Below, piece by piece: positions 1-10,869 of a stretch of 64,000 bases of DNA. A program made the translations under genes and the position numbers. How positions within the stretch are numbered: the stretch's first letter is position 1; each line of letters begins with the position of its first letter. Location: positions 23,366,776-23,430,775 of the forward strand of contig CM119265.1 in the NCBI GenBank assembly GCA_051294375.1, written 5' to 3'. The stretch is from Paraspadella gotoi. Its lineage: Eukaryota > Animalia > Chaetognatha. The notes beneath the pieces are model-generated. The model saw only the letters and a program-made list of their open reading frames with translations. It had not been told where the DNA came from and did not search any database.

Positions 1-789
1 ATTATGAATCTGGTGAAGCCATGATGCTTCAACTAGAGAAGAAAAAGAAGGTGGAGGAGGAAGAAGAAGAAGTTGATGGATACTATGGGCCCTTTGGATA
101 TTTTTACAAACGAGTGAGAATGATTAGCTTTAAAATGACTGTTATATAAGTAATTGTGGAGATTTCAAAGTGCAGACACTATGTCTGGAGGTAAAAATAT
201 GTTGTTTTGTTTTTTAGGTCGTCATTGACGCTGATAAATCATGGTCAGAAGGTTTATGTAAGTGTAAAAAAAAATGTTGTCGATAACTTTTATTGAGGAA
301 CGATCTACAACTTATGTTTTCTTCTGTAGTTTAATATAATAATTTACTTATAACTAGTGATTGTAATACCGAGAAGTTTATATTTTATTTAAAACTTTCG
401 TTACAAATTCCTATTTTCTTTTTCTCATACTTAAGCTAAAGTAAGAAGCCACTACGTGGAACTTGTAGAAAAACTCCCGAAAAGAATGACGAAAGATAAT
501 AGAAGAGCCTACAAACATTATGAGTTTTGTATCATGAAGGTAACAAAAAGGGGCCTATAGTAATATAAAATGTCTGCCATGATGTGAAATAAATAACTAT
601 CATTTAATTAAATAATCAAAATAAAGCTAAATAAAAAAGAAAAAATAACCTCGAATTAAAGTTTAATTTTCTGTATATAACTTTATATTTTGATTATTTA
701 TTTTTCTAAGGCTTTAGAATTTTTGGATGAAAAACTGATGTTTCCTCACCACAAAAGTACTGACGAACACTTTTTCGTTCCTATGGCAG

Positions 790-925
790 GTACGATCAGG
801 AGAATCAGTACGATCAGTAGAATCAGTACGATCAGTAGAATCAGTACGATCAGTAGAATCAGTACGATAAGTAGAATCAGTACGATCAGTAGAATCAGTA
901 CGATCAGTAGAAACAGCACGATCAG
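790..925. repeat. 18-bp tandem minisatellite (GTACGATCAGTAGAATCA x ~7.5)
   Basis: Head-to-tail, near-identical units with no spacers. It explains the ISTISR/STDRTD repeat ORFs. Confidence 0.95.
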
Positions 926-927
926 AG

Positions 928-932
<5 letters not shown>

Positions 933-974
<42 letters not shown>
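933..974. repeat. (GA)n microsatellite
   Basis: Pure GA run. Similar runs occur at 1238-1280, ~26585-26617 (TC) and ~29946-30010. Confidence 0.95.
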
Positions 975-976
<2 letters not shown>

Positions 977-1235
977 ATAGACAATAGACAATATTAATTA
1001 CTTGCGGCTTTAGGCACCTTGAGGGCCTTTAAAAGCTACCTATTTCTCTAGAATATTTACAAATTTTAATTGACTTTGAAACAAAAGTGTATCGCACTTC
1101 TAACTACAGTCGGTTGAACAAACTTCATGAAACCTCTCCAATTGAAAATGAACACAGATTCGCTCCTTTCCTAGTATTTCCCAACCCAGAAGTAGTTCTA
1201 TCGGAGATATATTGGTTTGAATGGGATTAAAAGAA

Positions 1236-1283
<48 letters not shown>

Positions 1284-1442
1284 TATCGTTATTATCACCA
1301 TTAGGTATTTCGTCTCACGCACTTGCAATATCAAATCTATTGTCTCAATTTTTTTTTCTCAAAAATAATGTTTTTGTCGCCCCGAATTGCCTCGTTCGGT
1401 TATCCCTTTGCTTTCCTTTCTTTTCCCCTTTCTTCTCCTCAG

Positions 1443-2212
1443 ATTACGAGATCAACCAGAAGATGCTGGACAAACTCCAGAAATTGATCGAGGACGAAGA
1501 GAAGAGATTGACTCGTGAGACGACGATTCCGCAACCTGTGGTCAGTAGTCTCTCGATTCAGTTTGGTTTATCTCACCTCAGAATCGGACTCATTTTCCCT
1601 CTCACTTATTAACTCCTCTATTTGTTTAGACATTGTTTGCGACAATAAATGTATATTTACTAGTCTAGGGTGCGCTGTAAATTTTATTAAGTAATCGAAT
1701 CACTTATACCGGCGCTGTTCTTTTGTCATACAGGAGCAACGAGTGCGCAACCTGCGCGCTTTGGCGTTGGCCCCAGAGGGCGACGAAGCTCTCGAACAAA
1801 AGTCTCGGTACCCGATTTCCGTCATAAGGGCAGAGATGGGTTCGCTTCGATACCCGGCCACCTTCAGGGATCATATTTATGGTGAGTCCAATTAAAGAGA
1901 TCATATTCATATCTCTCCAATTCCATATTTTTAGTTCCACCAATTCTCTCACAGCTCTGCTAGACTTTCATATACTTTTCTACCTTATGAAGTGATACAA
2001 TAATTCTATCATATATTATAATAATTCTTTTAGTGTTTAATAATAATACATTGATTAATAACGTAAATGAATGTAAATTTTACATTTATTTGTTTCCTAT
2101 TTTTTTTAAAGGAAAATGGACGGCACTGACGCCTGAGGAAATCGAAGAAATCTTCGCAGAAATGATGAGGGAACATTTAGAACTTCAAGCGCGAAACAAA
2201 GGCGACGTCCAG
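1443..2212 (+). CDS. Partial spliced orphan gene (three internal exons 1443-1540, 1734-1881, 2112-2212)
   Basis: AG/GT boundaries with compatible phases give ...YEINQKMLDKLQKLIEDEEKRL...PQPV|EQRVRNLRALALAPEG...FRDHIY|GKWTALTPEEIEEIFAEMMREHLELQARNKGDVQ. No family recognised. Confidence 0.6.
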
Positions 2213-2298
2213 GTTTTTTTGTTTTGTTTTTGTCTTCTATGTTTAGGTTGTTTTTATCATTATTTTTTTTAATTCGTTTTTGTATGATACGTTCGTTA

Positions 2299-2336
2299 TT
2301 AGCCGGATCTGCTTACAGCAGATTCCGGCTCTATAA
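2299..2336. mobile_element. Stem-loop terminus of a Helentron-associated (HINE/DINE-1-like) repeat
   Basis: AGCCGGATCTGC-TTACA-GCAGATTCCGGCT followed by CTATAA. The same hairpin recurs at ~30828-30864 and in reverse at ~25640-25677, there next to a GTCCGTCTGTCC tract. Confidence 0.45.
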
Positions 2337-2339
2337 ACC

Positions 2340-2927
2340 CCACCGTAACTGCGCCGAGGAGCGTGACTCGCCGAGGCCGTTGGACCACGCCCGCCCGTCA
2401 TAAACCCATGACTGTTTAATTCCCCCTGGAAGCGCCTCTTCACCCCCTTTCCCTTACTCCCATTTACCCGGCTACCTTTCTCCCCACCCCTATTGACCCT
2501 AGAAACTGAGGACCCAGACCCAGTCTCCAAGAGCGATGGTATCTTGTTGGAAGAGGGAGAAGTTGTGGTAGTCGTCGTCATTGTAGTGGTTACAGGAGTC
2601 GTTGTGGTAGTTGTTGCCATTGTTGTAATGATTGTAGGAGTTGTCATGGACATAGTAATTGTCGTAACGGTAGCGGAAGAGGAACCGGCGGAGATAAACA
2701 ATGACGACGAGGTAGATTTAGATGACTGACCGGCGACCGGCAGTAGATAATTTGTCACCGGGTCATACTCTGCCCCGGCGCCCCCGAGTTCCGGGAACAG
2801 CTCCCCGGCGTCGCCCGATTCGTCCTGGGTCGGCGAAGGACCGAGCCCAAAGTCTTCTAAGTTGATGCCACTGGCTGGTGGGGAAATGTCCTCGACCTCT
2901 GGCTCTGGAACCGGGTAGATCTGCGCG
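2340..2927 (-). CDS. Exon of an orphan gene with a Thr/Ser-rich low-complexity tract
   Basis: Polypyrimidine-CAG acceptor at 2928-2930, then an open frame (AQIYPVPEPEVED...TTTTTTPVTTTMTTTTTTSP...) that runs into the hairpin repeat at ~2336. Confidence 0.45.
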
Positions 2928-3048
2928 CTGAAAAGGCAATGATAAATCAAGAGATTAGAGATTGAGAAAATTAAGAAAGAGAAATTATAAACAGAAACCA
3001 ATAAACAAAAACAAAAAAATATCAAAAAATAAAACAATTTTAATAACC

Positions 3049-3348
3049 AGAGAATTAGTATTTGTATGTTTCAAACCGCATTTTATTATTTTCAAAACAA
3101 CATGGCGTCACCGTCTGCTCATGTGCTGAAACCTGCCGAAAGATGGCGCTTAAATATGATTTTTCGCTAGAGGTGTGCCGAAACCTGCCGAAAGATGGCG
3201 CACAAAAACATGGCAGTGTGTCGAAACTTGCCAAACGGTTTTTAATATTAAGTTAGACTTTTTATTACTTGCTTTAAGCTTTTAACTTATTAAAAAATAG
3301 AACTACCTTAAACTTTTGTCAACTGTTTGGCGTTTGACATTGCCGCCA
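3049..3348 (+). repeat. Left terminal inverted repeat of the Polinton-like element
   Basis: Reverse complement of 47256-47611 over ~300 bp with a few indels. Starts 5'-AG. Confidence 0.9.
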
Positions 3349-4107
3349 CCGCCTTTGCTCGACGGATATGTCTGATGGTGATGACGAAGGCAGCGCCGAT
3401 GATTAGCCCCGTTAGTAGAGAGAACACACTGTTATTAATATATTTTTTACTTAATTATAATCTTTAAAGATTATGCAATGATTGGAGTACCTTGTCGAAC
3501 TAGAAGAAGAAGTAGAAGAAGAAGTAGTAGAAAAAGTAGAGGAAGAAGAAGTAGAGGAAGAAGAAGAAGTAGAGGAAGAAGAAGTAGAGGAAAAAGAAGA
3601 AGTAGAGGAAGAAGAAGTAGAGGAAGAAGAAGAAGAAGAAGTAGATGAAGATGGAGAGGTAGATGAAGACGATGAAGACGTCGTTGTTGCCGTCGCCGTC
3701 CACTTCGTATCGCATTTGCTAAAAGAAAAAACTCATTTTGTTAATGCCTCGTCTTTTTCATATATTAATTTCTAAACTAAATTACATGTTAAACATCATA
3801 AGTGCCTCGCAGGAGCTTTCCCAGCACTGATAAGTTGCGTAAACTGTGGAATAAAAATTTGAAGAATGGTAGACTTAATAGTAAGTAAAAAATTAACATT
3901 TTAATTTTTATTTGATTTTTAATTTCTTACTTTCATTCAATCCTTGACTTTTAAACTTTTCAACGCATTTCTAAAAAATAATAGTGAAATCTTATTACTT
4001 GACTTTTAAGAGTATCACATATTAGCTAGCGAACTTACTCGATACTTTTCTGTTTCGCCGCTGCTCAGCGGCATTGTCAGCAGCAGCAGCAGCAGCAGCT
4101 TGATCAT
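3308..4107 (-). CDS. Five-exon, 171-aa mucin-like type I membrane protein
   Basis: Exons 4107-4039, 3970-3931, 3843-3786, 3718-3491 and 3428-3308 are all GT-AG and phase-compatible (516 nt). Layout: signal peptide MIKLLLLLLLTMPLSSG, small 4-Cys domain, Ser/Thr stalk, TM VFSLLTGLIIGAAFVITI, basic tail RHIRRAK...LTKV*. Confidence 0.8.
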
Positions 4108-4502
4108 TTTTTTAGGAAAGATAGAGAACTATAAATTTGTTTAGAACATTGGATTAAATTTTTTTTAGTTAATAACAAAATCAGTACACAAATAAAAAAA
4201 AAAACATTTTTAAAAAAGTTTTAACTTAAAAAAAAAAGGCATAAGTAGAAAGAGAAGTGACTAAGTCGAACTGAATCCAAGTGACGATTTTGTTTTCCCC
4301 AAAAAGTAAGGTCGATCCTCGGGAGCGAATCTCCCGCGAAAATTGTCACTTTTTCGGCGAAAACAGTAGGGTCGATACTCGGGGGCGAATCTCTCTCACT
4401 TTCTCGGTGAATCCCGGTCGAATTCTCAGCGAAAATCTTTAGCCGCTCGGACAGAGTCTTTCTTCTCAATCGGACAAAGCTAATTTCCTATGTCGGTTGG
4501 AC

Positions 4503-4606
4503 ATAGGTTTTATTTCCTCTCGGTTTTTCCCTTAGGTTTCTTAGATTTCTCAAAATAGGTTTTATGTCCTCTCGGTTTTTCCCTCAGTTTTCTTAGACTT
4601 CTCAAA
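4503..4606. repeat. Two tandem ~52-bp direct repeats
   Basis: ATAGGTTTTAT(T/G)TCCTCTCGGTTTTTCCC...CTCAAA occurs twice. A 23-bp direct repeat also occurs at ~4311 and ~4371. Confidence 0.8.
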
Positions 4607-5044
4607 TGTTAAATTCTGTTTTCATTCTTAGAATTAATATTAATACTTAGACTGTATATCTATTTATATATTTATAGTATACATAATTATCAAAATTTTT
4701 TATCTTTTGTTTAAAGCAATTATCTTTATTTCCGCATTGGGCAGCCAATCAGATTATCGAAAAGTTTAATTTGGTGACACTTGGTTATTGACCATGGTAA
4801 CTTTTGATCGATCAATCATAATTGTTTAGATTAGCCAATGAGAAAACAGAAAAAAATTTCATTGACGTTATTAGCTAATACTTTGTACTTTCCCGGCTTT
4901 TTCAGTTTTTCGTTGGAGAATGTTCGAGAGCCTGAGTCTGTGAATGGTTAACATATTTTAATAGTAAAGTAATGAAATAGGAAATTTTTATTTTTTCTAA
5001 ACAATATTACCACATTTTCCTGACTTCGGTCAAAGTCCCGGTGA

Positions 5045-5233
5045 TCATATCTCCCTACGTTGGGATTTGGGAAGGCAGAAGAGGGCCTGGTACAGGCGGG
5101 ACCAGACATGGAGCTGTGCCTTCATTCCTAATGGGAAAAAGGTAATTTAAATTTGTGTTTTTGATATATTAAACTCACTTTTTCCCATACCTGGCGAGCT
5201 CTGATCAAACTGGCTCACGAAAACCACCTCTTG
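5045..5233 (-). pseudogene. 3' part of the orphan Polinton gene interrupted by the LTR insertion (5' part at 34001-34642)
   Basis: The frame from 34122-34001 continues across the CTTG TSD into 5229-5190 (...RRIVESPQNQ/EVVFVSQFDQSSP). Last exon 5127-5045 reads MKAQLHVWSRLYQALFCLPKSQRREI*. Confidence 0.6.
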
Positions 5234-5702
5234 TGTAACGAATCAACTAAGAAAGAAAGAAAGAGAGAGAAAGAGGGGTGGCCGTCGCCGTTCACGCTTC
5301 AATGGTCGCCGACCAAGAGCGGCCGGCCCCGCCCCCCCCCCCGATGAGGAGGAAGGGAGAGGAAAATCCTCCTTAAAAGCTAAACTCCAGTGACAGGAAA
5401 GATGGAAAAGAGAAACAAAGGAAGAGAGGGTAATAAGGCACGGCGGAAAGAGAAGGAGGACAACAGCCACCAGCACCAGCAGAAAGTGAAAGTAAAAATA
5501 GGACTTCTGTCCAAAACTCAAAAACAATAAGAATAAAGTTTATTGCATCCTGATATTAACTGTCAAAACTTTTGTAAACTTTCTGTTGTCAAAAGAAAAT
5601 AAAACCAAAATAACCTCACACAATTTTTCTTCTAAACAACTACAAAAATCGAGATCGAATCCTCTAAGCTAGCGAGTTGTTTGTAGCGGTTACATGCTAC
5701 CA
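5234..5702 (+). mobile_element. 5' LTR of a Ty3/Gypsy retrotransposon
   Basis: TGTAACG...TGCTAC(C)A, near-identical to 6320-6772 (inverted), 18902-19364 and 33542-34000. Followed by a PBS. Confidence 0.92.
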
Positions 5703-5706
5703 AAAT

Positions 5707-5724
5707 TGGCGACTCTTGCCAGGA
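5707..5724 (+). promoter_or_regulatory. Primer-binding site, tRNA-Arg-like
   Basis: TGGCGACTCTTGCCAGGA lies a few bases after the LTR and resembles the complement of the 3' end of animal tRNA-Arg(ACG). The tRNA identity is from memory, not from a search. Confidence 0.7.
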
Positions 5725-5842
5725 TTGTGGCGAACGCAACTCGCACTCATGGCTCCTGAGGAGACCAGCCTACTCTGCGCTTCCGTCATTAATTCCATCC
5801 TCGTTCTTGTGGAGATCTTTCTGGCGGGTCTGCTAATTCGAT

Positions 5843-6319
5843 ATGGCAGAGGGATCGCCAGAGCCCCCAGTCCCTGGGGAGTCGCCTTTGACGAGGCACC
5901 TGACACTGGAACCCCATCGGTCCCCGCCGCCGGGAGTCCATCAACTTCCTCCGGACCTGCCACGCCCACTAGAGAACGTGAGAGAGTGGAGTCCACCACC
6001 CCAGGCTTCTCCACTCCCCGACGTCGTTCCCCTACACCCGAACCCTACCTCACCATCCGGAGATCAAGGGGAGCTTGTCCGCGGCCTTACCAGGCTTTCA
6101 CTGTTGGTCGGAGACTTAGTTACACGGCAAGAGAGCCTCAGCCAACAAATGGGGACAGTGATGGAGGGACTCAACAACAACCGATCAGAGGTGAGCGAGG
6201 AGGCATTGGTGGAGGAGCTAGCCGATGAGGTGGACATGCCAGCGCCGGCAGCCAAGCCGGTTGGGGCTGTTGCAGTGAGCGAGGAGGATGGAGCCGTCGG
6301 AGGAGCACAGGCGGCTGGG
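5843..6319 (+). pseudogene. gag: Probable gag N-terminus, truncated by an inverted LTR
   Basis: Pro-rich then helical ORF (MAEGSPEPP...ELVRGLTRLSLLVGDLVTRQESL...) just after the PBS, cut at 6320. Confidence 0.55.
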
Positions 6320-6772
6320 GTAGCATGTAACGCTACAAACAACTCGCTAGCTTAGAGGATTCGATCTCGATTTTTGTAGTTGTTTAGAGAAAAATTCGTG
6401 TGAGGTTATTTTGGTTTTATTTCTTTGACAACAGAAAGTTACAAAAGTTTGACAGTTAATATCAGGATGCAATAAACTTTATTCTTATGTTTTGAGTTTT
6501 GGACAGAAGTCTATTTTTACTTTCACTTTCTGCTGGTGCTGGTGGCTTGTGTCCTCCTCTCTTTCCGCCGTGCCTATTATACCCTCTCTTCCTTTGTTTC
6601 CTCTTTTCCATCTTTCCTGTCACCTGAGTTTAGCTTTAAGGAGGATTTTCCTCTCCCTTCCTCATCGGGGGGGGGCGGGGCGGCCGCTCTTGGTCGGCAA
6701 CCATTGAAGCGTGAACGGCGACGGCCACCCCTCTTTCTCTCTCTTTCTTTCTTTCTTAGTTGATTCGTTACA
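6320..6772 (-). mobile_element. 3' LTR (inverted copy)
   Basis: Reverse complement of the 5234 LTR. Preceded on the minus strand by the polypurine tract GTGGGGAGGG (6773-6782). Confidence 0.92.
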
Positions 6773-7044
6773 CCCTCCCCACAAAAACAAAAGCTGTTCC
6801 TCAGCTGATGAGCCGGCCCCCAGGATTGGTTGTATGATCTACTACCTCATTAATGACAATTCTCACCTCCTTCCTGTTTTGGACCGGTCTCCCGTGCGGG
6901 CCCAGGGACATCTCAATGGACGAAGTGATACTATTTAAACACGGTAAGGGTCACTTTCTTTTATTCACGGCTTTCCCTCTCTCTCATCCGCACCTTCACT
7001 AAAAATTTCCCATTTTTTCTCCCTTTTCTCTCGCTCTTCTCGAA

Positions 7045-10000
7045 ATGGGTTCCGCTTACGCCTACGCTCTTCTCTCGGCCTCCTGGTCTTATTTCTATGT
7101 AAGTTAATTTTGTCAATTACATGCAAATTACATTATAACAATTTTACAATACAATGTGAAATGTAAAGCATATCGAATAAGATAATTCACATGAAATTCA
7201 TTAGACAACTTTACGTTGAAATTTTTGTGGCTAGTACAGTAACTTATGGTTAAAACTTGTACTATAAACTAAACACACATAATTATTTGTTGATTAAATA
7301 TTTCCAAGGATAATATAGATATCAATAATATCAATTAATTGTGAAATTTAGGAACTCGGTTTTATTATAAATTATTAATTTAAAACCCGTCGGTGCTTTT
7401 CGATGCTCTTTTGGATTTTTAGCTTTAAATTTTTCCGCTTATTTCTCATGTTGTTATTCCTTTTTTCGTCTGCTTTTCTCAGTACCCATTGCAAACGGGA
7501 ATATGTTTTAGTGGGCGGCCTCATCATCCGTGTCCTCATGAGGATGGGAACCCACGCTCCCTCTCGACTGCTCTGCCAAACCGGCCGCCTGCTCTCCTCA
7601 CCAACGGCCTTACTCCAACGCTGTGGAAATCCAGGATCCCAACCAACTTCGTTGGTTCCTGGTTTCTTATTTATTCGGCCGACGCCTGGTCCTCTTCTGG
7701 CCGGGCACTCGTCCAGGCTTCATGCGGAAGTCCTTGCGCTGGAGCTTCGCCTTCACGACAACTCACTATGGGCGGTAGTCTCTTCGCCACCCGCGAAACG
7801 AGCGATTGCCAGTGTGTTGATCCCCCACTCTTCGTCATTGAAGAGATGCACACCCTAGAGTGTGGGGATCCACCACGAGTTGTCTACGTGTCCGCTCGTC
7901 AACGACACGGAACTCTGGTGAGTTTTGTCGAGTTATTCGATTTGATTTATTTCTTTCTTTATTTGAAATATTTGCTTAATTTAATTTAATTTAGTTTGAT
8001 TTCATTCTTTGTTTTATTTTTCTTTCAGCTTGCGACGTCGGCACGGCTGCCCGTGCTTTCCCACCACTGGCTGGCGTGTCGACAGGATCCCCTTTCCGGA
8101 CCGCTGGAAGACCTCAGGGGGTGTATCAGGTTCAAGCGAAGCTACTTGAGCCTCCTTCCCCGGCGCACTCAACACTCCTGGTGCGGGCACTCGTCGTCCG
8201 TCTCCTCCATCCTCGACGCCTGTCTCCGGAGGCGGCCGGAGCGCCAGATCCGATGGGAGCAGTGGATTTTCCACCGCTCCCCTTGGATTATGGGCTATCA
8301 CCATGACGTCAACGTGCCCTTCCCCGCTGGACTTCCACGCCCTGCCGACCTTCTCGTGTACCTTTGAGATAATGGATCCCTACGAGCTCTTCCAATGGGG
8401 AAATCCTCCAGCTGGGTAAGTTCCTGTTTTATTCTGTTATCCTTATCGTTTCTAAACTTTACAGTGTAATTTTTTCCAATTCTGTCTTTTCAATATTGTT
8501 AATCAATCAATTAATTAATTATCAATCAATTAATTTTTTTATTCTTCTTCCTTATCCTTTCCTTAGTTATCTTCCACAATCGACGCCGTCGCCGATCCAG
8601 TGCCAAGGCCCATCTCTACTCCTTCCGGAGTCGGTCCTCCTTCCTGGTTCACCGGGGCGCCGAGTGTGTTCAGCGTCAACGGTCTTCAACTCCCGCTCGG
8701 TCTTGGGTGACAGAGACAATCAACCCTCACTTTCTTTCTAGACCCATCTTTGGCCTGGTCTTGACATTCCTATCTCTCACCCTCTGGTTACTAAACGAAC
8801 CAGTGAGGCCTCCCTCTCTCTGAAAGGATCTCAGGTCTCATTCACCTGATTCAGATCTAGATACCCCTTTAACCATTCTAACCCGGCCAATATCCATTCT
8901 AACCACGTTCTCAACCTTTTCCGGACATGGAGTGTTTCTTTCCGGGTCCCAGATCCCATTTAGGTTCCGGACCCCCCTCCATTCCTTCTCAAGGCCAGAA
9001 AGGCCTGGGGTAAGGGGATCACAGAGATCCCCAAAGCGTAAATATCAGTGCTTTAGATCTCCTCCTACCGAGCCTACCATTCTTTGGCTCAATCCCGATG
9101 ACCCTAATATTAACATTAATGTCCTCCTAACCATTTAACCCAATGCCAATTTCTTCATCCATTTCGGGTCCTTCAAAACCCTGTCAGCTCTGTCCCTGAA
9201 GCTCCTAACCTGGGTTCTTTTCTCCATAGATCCTGCTTTCTTTCCTTATCCTCTGCCGAATCCACTCCGCCATTCTTACCTGAGGCCACTAATGTGCTTG
9301 AGGCGGTGGCGGAGATTATTCATCCGGCTTCCCGGTCTCCTGAACATGCTCCTTCCTCCCTCGGATAGCCTCTTCCCTGAAGGTCTGTTCCTACTCCCAC
9401 CTATGGCGTCCCCCTCGACACCCCGACATCCATTGGTCGACGATCTCATCGAGGAGTCGCCAGTCAGCATGTTGACCTCTGGCCTGACCAATGTGGAGCC
9501 TTCTTGCCATCCTTCCCGGAAGCACCTCCTCCTGACCCACCTACTACTAATGTCCTTTTTGTTGCTCCACCTATCTATCACTTAACGGCTCATCCCCTAC
9601 TGCTCTTGAGATGAACCAGCTCCTCACGATATCCCTTTCCTCATGGGAGGGATACAGTCCCAGAGGATCTCCTCACATGGCCCCATCCGACTCCCACGGG
9701 CCACACGGAAATCCGGTCTTGTAATCACAACATAGGTACAATTCGTCTTTACTCTTCTAATGATCCTTTATCATGATGGCCATTTTTCGTCGATTTTTAT
9801 TTTTTGTTTTCTTTTTATTTTTCCTTCAGCGCAAGGCTGGGGTTATGACCTCCAAATCATCTTGGTCGAACCCCTCTCTAACTCGACGCCAACGACGACG
9901 ACGACCGCTACGACGACAACGACGAAAGCTACGCCGACGACGACGAAGGCGCGACGACGACGACGAAGCGGCGACGACGACAACGAAGGCGGCGACGACG

Positions 10001-10519
10001 AACGACGGAGACGACAACGACTTCTCGTTGCCCGTCTCCTCCGCGGCGACATCGGGGACGCTGGTGAGCGTCGGGTGTCACGCCCCTTCCGCTATCCCAT
10101 CACCGCTTGCCGCGCGTCAAAGTCGCCGCCGCTCCCGCCGACTCACTCCGAATCCCTTCCGTAAGAGTTTGGAACTTTTTTCTAATTTTAGTTTACTATT
10201 ACTTTAGTTAAAACTGATTTTTATTTCTTTCATTTCTCAGAGTTTGATTTGGTTCATCGCGGGGGCGGCCTCTACGGCACTCTTCGTCCTCCTCGCTGTC
10301 CTTTACGCCGCTGTTGCCGGCGTTGAGTGGTTATTGAGACGCTCCACTCAATGCCACTTCTTTTTCACCACCTCAGTGGCCTTGGTCGCCCGAGACTCGG
10401 CGATCCCAGCGGCTATCGACTTTCGCGAGGATGACTCCTCAGGAGGGGCGAGGGCGGAACCGTCAAGTTCTAGTGGACCTCCACCCGTCGCCCCACGCCC
10501 GCCCTGCGCACCTCCTTGA
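7045..10519 (+). pseudogene. Antisense, multi-exon accessory gene of the Gypsy element (predicted type I membrane glycoprotein; frameshifted in this copy)
   Basis: GC-rich exons 7045-7098, 7483-7917, 8029-8415, 8567-9735, 9830-10160 and 10241-10519 are separated by AT-rich GT-AG introns. They encode a signal-like N-terminus, a TTTTKAA stalk and TM LIWFIAGAASTALFVLLAVLYAAVAGV. Confidence 0.65.
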
Positions 10520-10869
10520 CCTCCACGACGATCGATGAGACTCAGCGCCGGGGTCCCCCCAATCGTTATTCTTCTCTTTAAAATTTTTCTCTTTTTGTTT
10601 CAAATTTTATTATTATTAAAAGTTGATACTGTTATTATTTATTCTGATGTGAACCAGTTTATTTTGTTAGTTATAGGCGAATTTCGAATTTTTACCCAAT
10701 TTCCTCTTTACTGTTTACTGTTTGCCATTTACTGTTTATTGTTTTCTGTTTACTGTTTTGCTTATTGGCATGTTTTTATCTTTTCATATTTTTCTTATTT
10801 TGTCCCAAACTTCTTACTTTAATTTATTTATCGACTAGTCAGCAATCACTCTAAACCAAATCCCGTTCA

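Noticed and set aside
790-925. Possible CRISPR array or repeat protein (ISTISR)n
   Set aside because: The units are contiguous with no unique spacers, no cas genes are present and the context is eukaryotic. It is a minisatellite.
3482-3775. Glu-rich plus-strand ORF and Phe-rich minus-strand ORF
   Set aside because: Both are shadow frames of the Ser/Thr-rich exon 3718-3491 of the spliced membrane-protein gene.
5243-5527. Short ORFs inside the LTRs (also at 6492-6763, 18882-19265 and 33585-33944)
   Set aside because: They derive from purine/pyrimidine-skewed LTR sequence, and their frames differ between copies.
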